Shown one piece after another: positions 50,906-64,000 of a stretch of DNA of 64,000 bases. Position 1 is the stretch's first letter; the number at the start of each line of letters is the position of its first letter. Source of the stretch: Hemiscyllium ocellatum (taxonomy: Eukaryota). A program made the position numbers and the translations under genes. Under the pieces are notes generated by a model, which saw only the letters and a list, made by a program, of their open reading frames with translations, did no database searches and was not told the DNA's origin. The stretch lies in NCBI RefSeq assembly GCF_020745735.1, contig NW_026867863.1, positions 1,110,504 to 1,174,503 of the forward strand, read 5' to 3'.

Positions 50906-53900
50906 CCTATGTAGAAAATCACTATGCTATGAAGCAAACAGTGCATTAAGAATATTTCGAGGAATTATAAAGAATTTCACAAAAAAAAGACACAAAAGTG
51001 TACAACACTGAATGCAAATGATTTTATCTCGTGGCCACTCTTCACTGAAACAGCAGTAATCACAATACTCTTCCTCGGAGAAAGATTACCCCGTTGCCCA
51101 TGAACCAAATGGGGGATTTTGTTGAATCATTAATGGCCTCAGGAGGGCCTGCCAACCTGGTCCTGGGAATGTTGTGGACACTCGAGGCCTCACGGCATCT
51201 TTCACTCAATTACTTTGATTTCCAGTTCCTGTAATGATCGCTGCCATGGACAGGAGACTGTTCAAGTATGCAGATGGGCTATCCTGTTGTGAGCCATGAG
51301 GTACTTCTTTAGCAGGGGCATCCTGCAGGCGTGCATCTAGGATGCAGGAGGAGGACTCCCACACAATGGAAGACCCACCTACTGCAAGTAAACTGCCAGC
51401 ATTGGCGGCAACAGACTCTACATTGACCACCTGAGTGGCTATCCGTTCCCTAATTTGGGATCAATAAAATATTACGGAGATACAGAGGTGGTAATAAGGG
51501 AGGCACTGAATCTCCTTCCTTTCCCAGGCATCTTCCAACCTCTTATCCACCTATTGACCCTGCAGCCTATCCTTAGAGGGCTGATAGAACCCAGTCCCAT
51601 TCCAATTCTCAAGAACACGAAGGGCTGGGAAACTGGATCAATATAAACAATCTTGGCCTTACTATCAAATTCCAAAGTGTAACTTGATATGAGTCCACCA
51701 AAAATGACGGAGGTACAGAAAAACCACTTACATCCATCAGAAACAAATTTCTACGAATGACAAAGGGTGGTCTGCTATTTGGAATGGAGCAGTGCATTTG
51801 AAAAGTCAATGAGAGGCAGCAATGTTTTGTGTTGGGCGTGTGCACAGTTTGAAGCTGTTTGTTGGTTCAGTTTTGCTAAAGGTTTAGCAGATAGATTCCA
51901 ATAAGTATTAATTAAATTTGCCAATGTAGACATTAAATACTCACATTTATGAGTAGCTTTAACTGGAAGAGGATGCACCGTAAAACAGTAAACAAGTTTT
52001 TAGGCAAGCTTTCAAAGAGTGAATGAGTACCAGAGGGAATCTGAGGAAGTTTATCATAGACTACAGCGAATGAAAGAGGCTTGACCATACTCATGGACAA
52101 AAATAAGACATAATTCAATCAGAGAAGCAAAGATCAGAGTGTTATATAAAGGGTACAAGAGAGAGTGTTGATCAAAGCCTTAAAGAATTTAGAGATAGAA
52201 CTAAATTTAAATTGAATACATTTAATGAGAGTTAGCCAGTTAAAATCTCAGACCTTTCTCTATAAGCAGAAATTTAAGTTTACCATTCTTGTTCAGGCCA
52301 GCATTAAATGGGATTTTTATTTGCGCTGTGTACATCTCCTGATTTCACAAGATATCTTAGATTTGTAAATGCAATAAAATATATTTTCCATAGTTTCAGC
52401 AGTTCATTAAATAGCAGTTTACAGAAATAAACAATTTTCCCAAGCTTTCTTTCAACAGCCACACTGATACAATATTCAAAAAGGATTTGCATGAACAAAT
52501 TGGGCTTGTCAGAGGGTTAAGTCATTTCAATTTCTAAAACTTGTTCCGTTTCCATCATATCAGCTGAATGTTGGATACTCTATTAGCAAAGGTTTCCCAT
52601 ATTCAAAGGGTTGTTTCCAAATACAGAAATTAAGCATTTTTTGTTGTTTTGCCTCGCATTCATCAGGATAGCTGCAAGAATTTTGACATAAAGGGAACCA
52701 ACATTTTACACTGCACAAGAAAAGATTTCTGATGTTTTGGAAGTGCACAATGACTGTTCGAGATGTTACCAATGGAAAATGGACTGGTCAGATGGTGACG
52801 GACAGTCGGCAGGTAAACTTTGTCAAATTTTCAATTGGCAGGTTGCCTGAGTGGGCAAGGTGTTGCTCTGCCAAATGAATCAGGGAATGGTCATCACAAT
52901 TTTGTCGAATCAAAACAAGCCACAACAAGCATTGGCAGTTAAATGCGAATCATCACCTGGTCCATTCTACATGTCTTCACCAATCCACACTCATTGCTCA
53001 TGTTTTCTCGCTTTCCATTAGTATTCTTTAGAGTGTCCTGTTAAGTACAATATTAAAATCTTAAATTTAAAAATAAACTTTATTTTGAACAATACTCAAA
53101 TTTCCATGTTGTACCAGCTGGCGTAGGTGAAACTGAACTGCAATATATCAGGCTTACAATGAACTGGTAGCGTTCTGTACTGGTCTCAGAGGAAAATCAG
53201 CAACAACGACATTGTGGAGAGAGAAGAATCGTATTACTTTGCCTTTGATCCTACACAGCAAGAATATAAAAGCCATTGAGGACCAAAAACAGAGACAAAC
53301 CACATGCACATGCAAACAACACATTATTAATTAAATTAAGAAAAAAATAATTGTTATTCTGAATAGTGAATGTGGCACCAAAAGCACCTTTCTGATGATG
53401 CCAGTTTGAAAATTGGTTTACAGCAGTTGAAGAGTTAGTCATTCTATTATGAGACCTGCTCAGTCCCTACATCAGAATGTGATCATAGATTCAGATTATT
53501 TTTAAAGGCAGATATCAATATGAAGTTGTACAGTGGCAGGAGCACGGCTATCCTATGGACAGCACTAAAAATATCTCAAACCCATTGCCTCTTTAAGAAA
53601 GAAATGTGGCAAACCTAAAAGATAGGGAAATGTAAATAAAGGAACTACGATCAAGATTTCATCCAATTCGATAGTAACAGATGTCGGATCCCCAAATTCA
53701 GCTGCCACTTGAAACGATGCAAGAAGCCTTATAAGGAGATACTCCAACTTTCATTTGATACCACGTCACATTATCGCAAGAGAGCTTTGTAGTTGCCTTC
53801 TCGCAGACATTATGTTTTTCTACAAACGACATAGGTTTGACAGAGATGCATTGGTTCTGAACAGAGATCAGAGCCGAATAGTGCAGAACCACATCATAGT

Positions 53901-54086
53901 TCATCTCGAGAAGCTTTGTCAATGGGTATTTGGGTTTGCAGTGCCTCTGTATTCTGAGCTTATTCCCCAGTCTCTCACGGTTCCCTAAATTTTCTGATAA
54001 TTTGCAGTTCCAGTCAGTTTGTATTTTATCCTCATCGCAGATTATAGATGTTTCAGTATCAGTGAGTTCTCCAGCACATTGAGTAA

Positions 54087-54660
54087 ATCATAGAACATAG
54101 AACATAGAACAATACAGCACAGAACAGGCCCTTCGGCCCACGAGGTTGTGCTGAACATCTATTCTAGATTAAGCACCCATCCATGTACCTATCCAATTGC
54201 CGCTTAAAGTTCGCCAATGATTCTGACTCTGCCACTCCCTAGGGCAGCGCATTCCATGGCCCCACCACTCTCTGGGTAAAGAACCCACCCCTGACATCTC
54301 CCCTATACCTTCCACTCTTCACCTTAAGTTTATGTCCCCTTGTAACACTCTGTTGTACCCGGGGGAAAAGTCTCTGACTGTCTACTCTATCTATTCCTCT
54401 GATCATCTTATAAACCTCTATCAAGTCACCCCTCATCCTTCGCCGTTCAAACGCGAAAAGGCCGAGAACTCTCAACCTATCCTCGTACGACCTATTCTCC
54501 ATTCCAGGCAACATCCTGGTAAATCTTCTCTGCACCCTCTCCAAAGCTTCCACATCTTTCCTAAAGTGAGGCGACCAGAACTGCACAGAGTAATACAAAT
54601 GTGGCCTAACCAAAGTCCTGAACAGCTGCAACATCACTTCACGACTCTTGAACTCTTGAA
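54087..54660 (-). mobile_element. Young 5'-truncated CR1 LINE
   Basis: Open frame LQLFRTLVRPHLYYSVQFWSPHFRKDVEALERVQRRFTRMLPG...FTQRVVGPWNALP; (atagaac)n tail. Confidence 0.92.
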
Positions 54661-55039
54661 TTCAATCCCTCTGCTAAATCAGCAGTGGCTCTACTGAAAA
54701 GGCTTTTAAAACCCATGGTTCATAGAACAGCATATATTTATCCCTTTTAAAAAATGTGAGACCAATTAACAGCATTATATTTGATCTGCTATATTTTCCA
54801 TTACTGACTGCAATGAATCTACCCGATGGGATACAGAAAATCAATAATGTCAGTAAAAACATCTTAAACTTTGGACAAAGCCCAGGCTATTGACATAAGA
54901 GAAAAAAAAACTCCATGCAATTATGCAACTAAGAAAGGCAGATTGAAGTCATATGATGCACAGGTTTGATATAGAGCAAAACTCTCTCTACCCTAGCAGG
55001 AAAAGAAGTAGAGGAATTGAGATCTTATCTTTTATCTTA

Positions 55040-55192
55040 GCCTGCTGGACCCACATTCCTCATTCCTGGTGAAGTGCTTATGCCCGAAACGTCGAATTTC
55101 CTGTTCCTTGGATGCTGCCTAACCTGCTGCGCTTTTCCAGCAACACATTTTCAGCTCTGATATCCGGCATCTGCAGACCTCACTTTCTCCAC
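55040..55192 (+). mobile_element. Penelope-like 3' terminal fragment
   Basis: cctgatgaag-like...cgaaacgtcgaatttcctgttccttggatgctgcctaacctgctg; related copies near 23960-24140 and 61580-61735. Confidence 0.7.
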
Positions 55193-55409
55193 CATTCAAT
55201 AAGACTCTGGCTGACCCGATTATTAACAAGCTGATAAAGCATTCGACTGACAATATCCCACTTCAGCTTCTCTCATTTTAATATATTCCGCTACACATCT
55301 ATTATATTCTGCAGAATAATATGTTTGCCGTTAATTACTGGTCCACACTGTATTCCTCTCCTCATTCTCGAATTGAAGGAGTCCGTAATGCACTGTTTAG
55401 ATAACTAAT

Positions 55410-55683
55410 AGTGTGGAAACAGGTCCAACACGTCCACACCGAACAGCAACCCAGCCATTCCCTACATTTACTCCTTCACCTAACAAATTAGCATTGCCAA
55501 TTCACCTAACTTGCACGATTTTAGACTGTGGGAGGAAACCAAATCACCCGGAGGAAACCCACGCACACAGGGGTAGAATGTGCAAACTCCCCGTGTGTAC
55601 ACAGACAGTTGCCTGAGGCAGGGAACCCGGGTCTCTTGCGCGGTGAGGCAGTAATGCTAGCTACTGTGCCATTGTGCCGCCCA
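55410..55683 (-). mobile_element. tRNA-derived SINE
   Basis: Reverse complement gggcggcacaatggcacagtagctagcattactgcctc...gggttccctgcc. Confidence 0.85.
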
Positions 55684-55719
55684 CTGTTCTTTTCCTTTGC
55701 CTATTCTTTAGGCAAGATA

Positions 55720-56650
55720 AAAGTGATTGGAACAGACACGACTGTTTGCTGGTACTTGACACTCCAGATACATCGGATCATCCTTCGTCATTTCCGCCAC
55801 CTCCAAATGGACCCCACCCCTATCAGCGTTCTGGAAAGACCACTCCCTCCGGGACTTCCTTGTCAGATCCACACACACCCCAACCCCCACCCCCACACCC
55901 CTCCACAAACCAAATCTCCACTCCCGGCACTTTGCGCCCACATCTCCATCCTCACTTCCCTCCAAGGCCCCAAGGGATCATTCAATATCCATCAGAAATT
56001 CACCTGCACCTCCACACACATCATTTACTGCATCCTCTGCACTCGATGTGGCCTCCTAGATATTGGGGAGACAGGCGCCTACTTGCAAAATGTTTCAGAG
56101 AACACCTCTGGGACACCCACACCAAACAACACAACCGCCCCATGGTTGAACACGTTCACTCCCCCTCCCACTCCGTCATGGACAGGCAGGTCCTTGGCCT
56201 CCTCCATCGCCAGAACATGGCAACACGACTCCTGGAGGAAGAGCAACTCATCTTCCGCCTATGAAAACTCCAACCACAAGGGAAGAATGCAGATTGCTCC
56301 AGCATCCTCCGTTCCCCTCTCCCCACCTTTTCTCAGTCCCAAACCTCAGACTCAGCACCGCCTCCTTGACCTGCAATGTTCTTCCCGACCTCTCCGCTCC
56401 ACCCCCTCTCCAGCCTATCACCCTCACCTTAACCTCCTTCCACCTATCGCATTACCATCGCCCCACCCCAAGTCCCTCCTCCCTACCTTTTATCTTAACC
56501 TGCTTGCCACACCCTCCTCATTCCTGAAGAAGGGTTTCTGCCCAAAACGTCGAATCTCCTTCTCCTTTGATGCTGCCTGACCAGCTGCGCATTTCCCGCA
56601 ACACGTTTTTAAGCTCTGATCCCCAGCATCTGCAGTCCTCACTGTCTCCT
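55720..56650 (+). mobile_element. Penelope-like element, GIY-YIG endonuclease and 3' end
   Basis: GSFNIHQKFTCTSTHIIYCILCTRCGLLDIGET...RLLEEEQLIFRL; ctgaagaaggg...aaacgtcg tail. Confidence 0.88.
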
Positions 56651-58439
56651 ACAATGGTGAAAAATATAATTTGTTTTAATCCTTTAAAACTGGTTCAATT
56701 TGTTTTATATTTGCATTGGATGGTATTTTAGCTTGATCCAGATGTTAGTATCAAATGATATATTACAGCACTGAGCTTTGTCTCGTTCTCTTTTGATGGA
56801 AGTTGGAAAGGAGTGTTTTCTTACAGCGGAGAGTGAAGAGAGTGAAGAATGAACAACAAAGTTGATCAATAATACATGCATATTCTGACAAAGGCAATTT
56901 TCAATCAGATATATTCTTTCAACGATCAAAGTATTTTTGATCATGTAGTCACATATCAAAAACGTGATATCTAATTTGTGTACCATGAGAAAGCCAGGAA
57001 GGAGATAATGACCAGAGCATCTGCTCACAGGACTAAGCGATAAATATTGGCCAGGCCACCAGGTATAATCTCCTCACTTTAATTCAGAATAATAAAATGG
57101 TCCCTTTAGAGGGCAGAATTGGCTTTGGTTTAATGCTTCATAGATATCTGATGTCCAGGATTATCTCAGGACAGCACTGCTGTGGCAGTATCCATTCGTC
57201 TATTCTAACCCCGAGGGTAGATCTTGAACCCTCAAACTTCCAACTCAAAGATCAGCATACTATTCAGTAGCGCCTGAGCAACACTGAGCATTCTGACAAG
57301 CGGCTTATAATTTACATCTCCAAAGATTAATGAAGCAATTAAGGGCAATTGCATCGATTCTGTATGAAATGCAAAACAGGACTCTTATGGGAGAATGAGT
57401 GTCTCCCTACCCCATGATCAATAGGCTCAAGTTCCTCGATTAGAATTAGTCGTCTTAAATTCCTGTCCCAACTACTTCAGAGGTGTGTTATACATCTCTG
57501 AACGTTTTAATTAAAAAAAAGAAAACTTCTTCAACCAATGTGCTGTTCTCATTGAGAAAGTGCAACATCTCTAATTAGGAATCAGCACTTTGGGTCACCT
57601 TTGCTGATTCCCCGTGTGTCTACGGGAGCCAGTAATGGTTATCAGAGTCCACCAGTAAAGCTACAAAATGTCCTCTAATATCTCTCCTCAATTGATCATT
57701 CTTCCGTTTTGAATACGGTTAGTGAGCATACAGTCCTATCTCTCCTTATCAACAAATAGCTACCTTCTTTCCAGCTAGCTATCAGAAATAGGTTGACGTG
57801 CACTGTCAAAGTGTGGCAATACTGAGAATAACCCTCCCCATACATGACCCAGGCTAAGATCACAAGGTGCAGCACAAGCCACTGCTTATATCCAGAATCA
57901 GATAACCAGGAAGGATGTTCTCCACGGCTGGGCAGTCCAGAACCAGGGCTCGTGCTCTAAGCATACTAGCTCGGGTATTTTGGACTGAGATGAGGAAACT
58001 TTTCTTCACCCTGACAGTGATGACTCTTTAAATTCACTGTCATGGAAATTGATTGAGTACAAAACATATTTTGTTTTACGGCTAAAGAGATCAAAGCCTG
58101 CAGAAATAATGATGGAACAGGGCACTGAGTTGAATAATCTGCCATGGTCATTTTGAACAGCAGAGCATGCTGAAGGGTCTGAAGAGCTTACGGATCCACA
58201 TAAATCTGTGACCACTTTGTGGCTTGAAGAGATGTGTTTGGTTCAAAATCTATTTTGATACGAAAACAAAAGAGAATGTGTTACTAGTTACAATACAGAG
58301 TGACGAAACAATTTCAGATGATTGAGAATTGGACATTCGTAAAATTAAATTGAACAATGTGGAAGTTCTGGAAAACTAAAATAAATTGCTGAGTTAACTT
58401 CCAGATGAAAATCGAAATATCCTGAAATAGTTAGCGTAA

Positions 58440-59760
58440 TCACATAGGGAGATATGTGGGTATAACCTGGGAATTGCTAAACTCCTTACACATCATGTTG
58501 ATTCGAGAAATGCGATTCCAATCAAGCAACATCCTATACACTTAACCTTTGAATGTTGGCAAAGGTTCAGAAAGAGACTGAACATATGCTGAAAGACAAA
58601 AAAATCAAAATCAGTCGTAGCGAATTGAGCTCAAAAACATCAGTGGTACCAAAGTCAGATATTATCAAACGATTATGTGTAGACACATGCAAAATCCATG
58701 CAGTTACTAAATCTGATGCATAAATTAAATCAAGTTTGGAAGGCCATATTGAGAAGATGGGACAAACAACTTATATTTCTCAGTCCGACTTACTCAAAGG
58801 ATACTGGCAGTTACATTTATTGAAAAAGATGAAGACAATTTCGGCATTCGTGACACCAAAGTGCACTGTAGCAGTTTACCGTCATGTCATGTGGTATGCA
58901 GAATGTGACTACTAGATTTTAAAGACTAACGAATGAAGTAATTTCTTCCTTACCCAATTGCGTGATACACATTGATGACCTGATTTTTACTCATACATGG
59001 AAGGAAAATTTGCAGAATTTCTCAAAATTATTCATTCGACTTTGGGAGGCAAGCTGGATGATAAACCTGGCTGACAGCGAATTCGAGACAACACAAATCG
59101 CCCTCCAGGACTATATTATTGGACATGGACAGATGGTCCTATCGACCAAAAGAGCAGTACGACTATAAAACAACCTTGATTATCCAAATAAGATAGGTGG
59201 GGTTAATTGATTGTTCAGGTAACTGATTGCTCGGATAACTGATCTGATTGCGAACAAAGGAAACCGTACAGGACTTAGACCCCTTGTTCGGATATTGGGA
59301 TTTTGGATACTTGATGTTTGGATATCAGAGGTTGTCCTGTATTTGGTACCAGCACTCGTGAGTTTTATCAGAAAGTCTTTGGAATCTTCGCAGTGTGGCT
59401 GCTCCACTCATTGAATTACTGTAGAAATGCAGGACTTTTCAATGAATGGAAAACTGCCAGAAGGCATTTGACAGCCTTAAAGTTGTGTTTACTATTGCCC
59501 CAATATTTGCAATATCTAATAACCCAAAGCTATTCAAGGTAGTTATCGATGCAGGTGATAAAAGTGTCGGTGCTGTACTTTTGTAAGAAAACAACGAGAA
59601 GATAAAAAGACCTATCAAATGTTTCTCAGGAAGATAAACATTTATCAAAAGAAATATTCGACTGTTGATAAAGCGAGGTTGAGATTGGTATTGGCGTTAC
59701 AAAACTTGCCAGTAATATATCTGAGACAACCACACAGATTGATCATCATCCATTAACTCT
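58440..59760 (+). mobile_element. Decayed Gypsy/Ty3 LTR-retrotransposon pol (RT, RNase H)
   Basis: PIKQHP, DLLKGYWQ, SAFVTP, HIDDL, then FKVVIDAGDKSVGAVLL...YQKKYSTVDK; many stops and frameshifts. Confidence 0.85.
59164..59341. mobile_element. Tc1/mariner (Tigger-like) MITE nested in the Gypsy pol
   Basis: Imperfect TIRs TATAAAACAACCT-TGATTATCCAAA and reverse-complemented TACAGGACAACCTCTGATATCCAAA; TA at both ends. Confidence 0.6.
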
Positions 59761-62700
59761 TTGTTGGAGAAATTGAAGAACAAACATTGTATACTGGTTG
59801 CGATGGTTTGGAGTGCTGTTTGCCATCTGGTTTGGGGGGCATGTCTCTTTTTTTTATAAAACATTTTGGCTCTCCAGCAATTTCTCTCACATCGTAAGAT
59901 TCCGAATTAAAAATACAATTTAGCCACATGACAATTCAAACTTACTTTTTCATCATTGTTTTAGTTTCTGCAGAACAGAGGCTTTTTTTTTCATGAATGC
60001 TCGGTGTGTAAAAGAGCAATTGATCAATAATCACAAAATTAAAAGCAAATTAAACCGGTCTCTGGGTCGATAATTTATTGCCAGACATTAAAAGTAACAG
60101 AAGTCTCACAATGCTGCATTTCAAGCCATAATCAGTTAATTTAATTAAACTAGGTCATACTCCAAATGTAAAACTGCATAAGATGGTGAATACTTCTTTA
60201 AATAAGTTGCAACACTAGATTTATTAGTCAGCATATAAATTTAGTCCATATGATCTCCTGGTATTGTTGCTTGAGGATGAGATTACAGATTATTAAAAGC
60301 TTTCCCACCACTAAGATAAATCGGGTAGCTGGATTTATAGACAATTTTGACCAAAAATATTTTAAATGTTGTGATTCTCCAGTCACTGATTCCATACCTG
60401 CATTTGAACAGGATTAGGTTGTTGCGCACATTACCACTGCAGCTTCAATGTTACTTTTCTCTGTATCATCAGGTGACTCCAATTCCGTTGTTATCAGTTA
60501 CCAACACGCAATGATAATCAAACTTTCTAATTAAAGTAAAAATTGCTGCAGAAGCTCAATGGGTCACAGAACTCAAAACCATTAACTCTGCTTTCCTGCC
60601 ACAGGTGCTGCCAGACTAGCTGATATTCTCCAGCAGTTTCATTTTTGTTTCAGATTTCCAGCATCTGCAATTTTGTTTTATTTTAGCCTTTCTATAATTC
60701 TGTCAAACTTCACCTCCTCCAAGTCTCAAGTACATTTATTTTTCACAATAAACTGGACATCAACCTCCTCTTCTTAATACCTCAGACAGGCCACTGTTCC
60801 TATGAAGTACAACAAAGGGAATTTATGACAATTGGTCCCACTCATTCTTTTGCTAGCCTTGCACTGTTTGTGATGAAGGATGACTTTTGGATTCCCTTTT
60901 AATATTAGTTGCCAGTCTCCCTTACTCTTCACTTCCCCTCTGAACTGTCTATATTTAGCACGCTTCTCACTGTGGTAATCAATAATCCGTATCCTTTGCA
61001 ACACCATTCAGGAATTAGACTTTTGTTTTTGCCACCATTCCCTGTTTGAGGAAACGATAAGCTGTACTGTGCAGCTGAAGCTGAACATTGTCCAAATTTA
61101 TGCTCAAACGTCCTTTCTCAAATGCCCTCTGGCCCATTGAAATCAGCCCTCCTCCAAATCAGAATTATTCTGGATTGTACCTTGTTCATTTTCTACACAA
61201 GCTAAAATCTTGTAATGCAATGATCAATGCTTCCTTAAATTATCCCAGTCTAATATTTAATGCAGTTTATACATATTGGGTGTATGCACACAAATTATGC
61301 AGTTGGCAGTGCAGATTGAAGATATCATTAGGATTCTGAACTTTATAACTAGGACCGTCGCATGCAAAATAAGGAAATTATGACAAACTGTTATAAAACG
61401 TCTTGTTTTTCCCTCACATCAACTATTTATGTAACATGTTTCAGGAAGGAATTCGAGAAGGTGCACAAAACGTGCACAAAAATGGTACCAGAGATGAGCA
61501 AATGGACAACTGTGTGGATAGTTTGAAGACGCTTAGGCCGCACTTTATGGTGAACAGAAGATGAAGTAAAAAATGAGGTCAGCAGATGGTGGAGATTACA
61601 GCTGAAAATGTGTTGCTGGTTAAAGCACAGCAGGTTAGGCAGCATCGATGAAGAGCTTATGCTCGAAACGTCGAATTTCCTATTCCTGAGATGCTGCCTA
61701 ACCTGCTGTGCTTTAACCAGCAACACATTTTCAGAACATGAAAATGAAGAAGACATTTTATAAGTGTTCAAAATCATGAGGGATTTGGATAGAGTAGAAT
61801 AATAGGGTAGGGAAATGCATCTGGATTGGTTACTCTTTGGAGAGTTGCTGTAGACCTTTTGGGCGAAGTGTCCTGTTTCCATACTGTATGGACTCTATTT
61901 AAGAAAGGCTTGAGAAGAAAAGGACACTGATTAAAGATGATCAGCAAAAGAAAACGGTTACAAAGAACACTTTTTATAAACAAATTATTTCAGAAAATGG
62001 CATGTTCTGCCTAATATCGTAGTGGTGGGTGCAGCTTCAATTAAGGTCCTCAAAAGGAATCTGCAATTTACATAAGCAGAAATTTGTAGTATCACATCAT
62101 AAAAGGACTTGGGAGCCAACGTAGGCAAGTTCCCCTTTGAGAGATGATCAAATCTTTGCTTCCGAGCTGTTACCATTTGTTCGCTTATAATTGCACAAAC
62201 TGCCAACCCGGCAGCTGTTTCCTAACGGTTTGTCATATTCTGAAATAATGACTAACATTGTCATGCATGCAACTAAACTGACATTGCAGTACTTCACTTG
62301 ATCCAGCAGCACCTGCATTCCCATTTTCCTCACCGTTTGCACTAACAATGTTTCCAGAACTGCAATTGAGCAAAGAACACAAATTAAGTCATTTAACATA
62401 AGTAAACTTACCCATAATTAACTCCAAAGCAATTTAAGACTTGAGATTCAATATTGAAAGCTTGGTCAACTAGTTTTCTTAAGTTAGTCAATGACTCTGC
62501 AAGATGCATGTGTTGGAATGCGGTTCTTTTGTCTTCTACAGGATGTCTACAGTACACCACAATGAGGTAATATTGGGGTATGGAAGAGTCTTTAGAGTGT
62601 GAAAGGAAGAGAAAATCACTTCTTCAGCGTGTCACCCTCGTTTTATAGCCGTTTCTGTGCGACTTCAACCGACCAATGGAAAACTTTGAATGTTTTATGC

Positions 62701-64000
62701 TGCTTCAAGTTTGGTCTCTCAAAATAAGCCAAACATTTTTGAAACAGTCAAGCAGTTGTTTTGTGTGATTGTTTTCATCTGTGTTGGTGTTCACGACGCT
62801 GCCATGGGATACATTTATGAGTCAATCCTGATATAATCTTACTCCAACTGCTAGCACTTCCCTTTCACATTATTGGATCCCTAATATCGCAAACTTAAAG
62901 CGACATCAGACGAAACTTACTTGCCAATTCGTTTCCTTTATTTTCTGACAAACTTAGGTTTCCACCTAATTCCCAGCGTGAGGTGTCAACATTTTCACAG
63001 CTGGAACTGGTCATAAAGTGCCAGTTAAATCATTTTAAATATGTTCATGATCACAATGTTTATCTTTGCCACTTCTTATCAGCATAGAGAGTTTTGGCTG
63101 TGAGGGCAGAAGCTGGTGAGTGGGGAGTAAAGAGGTCAAACAAAGACTTGTCGCCAGTGGGATAGAGGGAGGACACCTCAAATGAAAGGATTTAAGTTTA
63201 ACTTCCTTATCTCGGAAAACAAAACTCAAGCTCTTTATACACTATTGCTAATTTAACCCTTACAAGAACAACTCGTAACTCATGCTTGATTCACAATGTG
63301 ATTATAGTAAATTCTCATTATTCAAATTCACAGAGCGTTCATGTCATATTAGTCAATATTGGCTGTTTTTTTAAAAAAAAGATAATTTTCTTAATTTTCC
63401 TTTCCTGCTCCTTCATCTGTTCTGAGCTTACAGTAAAATCTGGCTATAATAAACCCAGGAGTAATTGCAGGTCACTGACCCAGAGGTAATTGCAGTGTAA
63501 TGACCTCAGTATTTAGGCTTCTATTAATTGATGACGTCAGTGAGATGGTGTGGCTGTGCTGCTGTCTCTATTGAATTCGCCATGAAAGCACTTCATAAGC
63601 TTGATTCAAACAAATAACCATTTTTTGGGAAAGTGGCTGACTCCGCGGATACACATGGCAGCTGGTCAACTTAGCTGATAAAAAAATGCAAAGCATTCAA
63701 TGGCGACACTGAATGGGAGATAGACCAATGCGAGGAGACCAGGAGCCGGTCCCAATCCATAGCCATATTTCTTCTAATATGTAGCCATATTTCTTCAAAT
63801 CTCACCGGACTTTGGAGACCATGACAATGATTTCGGAGGTAGTGTCGTGGAGGGGTGGGAGCGTGAGAATGAGAAGGACAGAGAAACAAAGGGAAGCGAT
63901 GAAGTGGGGTGAAGGAGAGGAACCCATTGCTTTAGTATTTTCACTGTGCCTCCAATGTCCAGAAATAAAACCTCAATATTGATCAGCAAGCAATTTCCCA

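Noticed and set aside
53560-53922. Minus-strand ORF with KLSCDNVTWYQMKVG, superficially like an Ig V domain
   Set aside because: Cys-to-Trp spacing is only 5 residues; no D-x-A-x-Y-Y-C, leader, splice acceptor or RSS found.
55528-56580. Longest ORF in the track (350 aa)
   Set aside because: A chance fusion of an antisense SINE with a Penelope GIY-YIG region; not a host gene.
57578-57611. 10-bp perfect hairpin GGAATCAGCA...TGCTGATTCC
   Set aside because: Isolated, with no associated gene or repeat context.
62542-62566. Possible 25-nt mini-exon (ttctacag|...GAG|gtaata; DVYSTPQ*)
   Set aside because: No partner exons or homology recognised; splice-like motifs of this quality occur by chance.
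63532-63539. Perfect CRE palindrome TGACGTCA
   Set aside because: About one 8-mer match is expected in 64 kb, and no downstream leader or V exon is visible.

Overview
Shark (cartilaginous fish) genomic DNA, rich in tRNA-derived SINEs, CR1 LINEs, Penelope-like elements and one decayed Gypsy pol. The core of the window is two IgM heavy-chain mini-clusters lying head-to-head as a diverged inverted duplication (arms ~3.7-21.7 kb and ~30.0-45.5 kb, ~8 kb unique spacer). Cluster 1 (minus strand) reads leader - VH - germline-joined D(D) - 12-RSS ... 23-RSS - JH - 12 kb intron - intact Cmu1. It carries one in-frame stop in VH FR3, and its remaining C exons would lie left of the window. Cluster 2 (plus strand) is more decayed, has a different and shorter V-D junction, and goes from Cmu1 to the TM1/TM2 exons within ~570 bp with no Cmu2-4. 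A ~2.1 kb element with ~600 bp inverted arms sits at the inner end of both arms, and a degenerate tandem repeat lies 0.5-0.8 kb 3' of each JH. Identities were judged by eye and Ig assignments rest on remembered family motifs, not database searches. TE boundaries are approximate.
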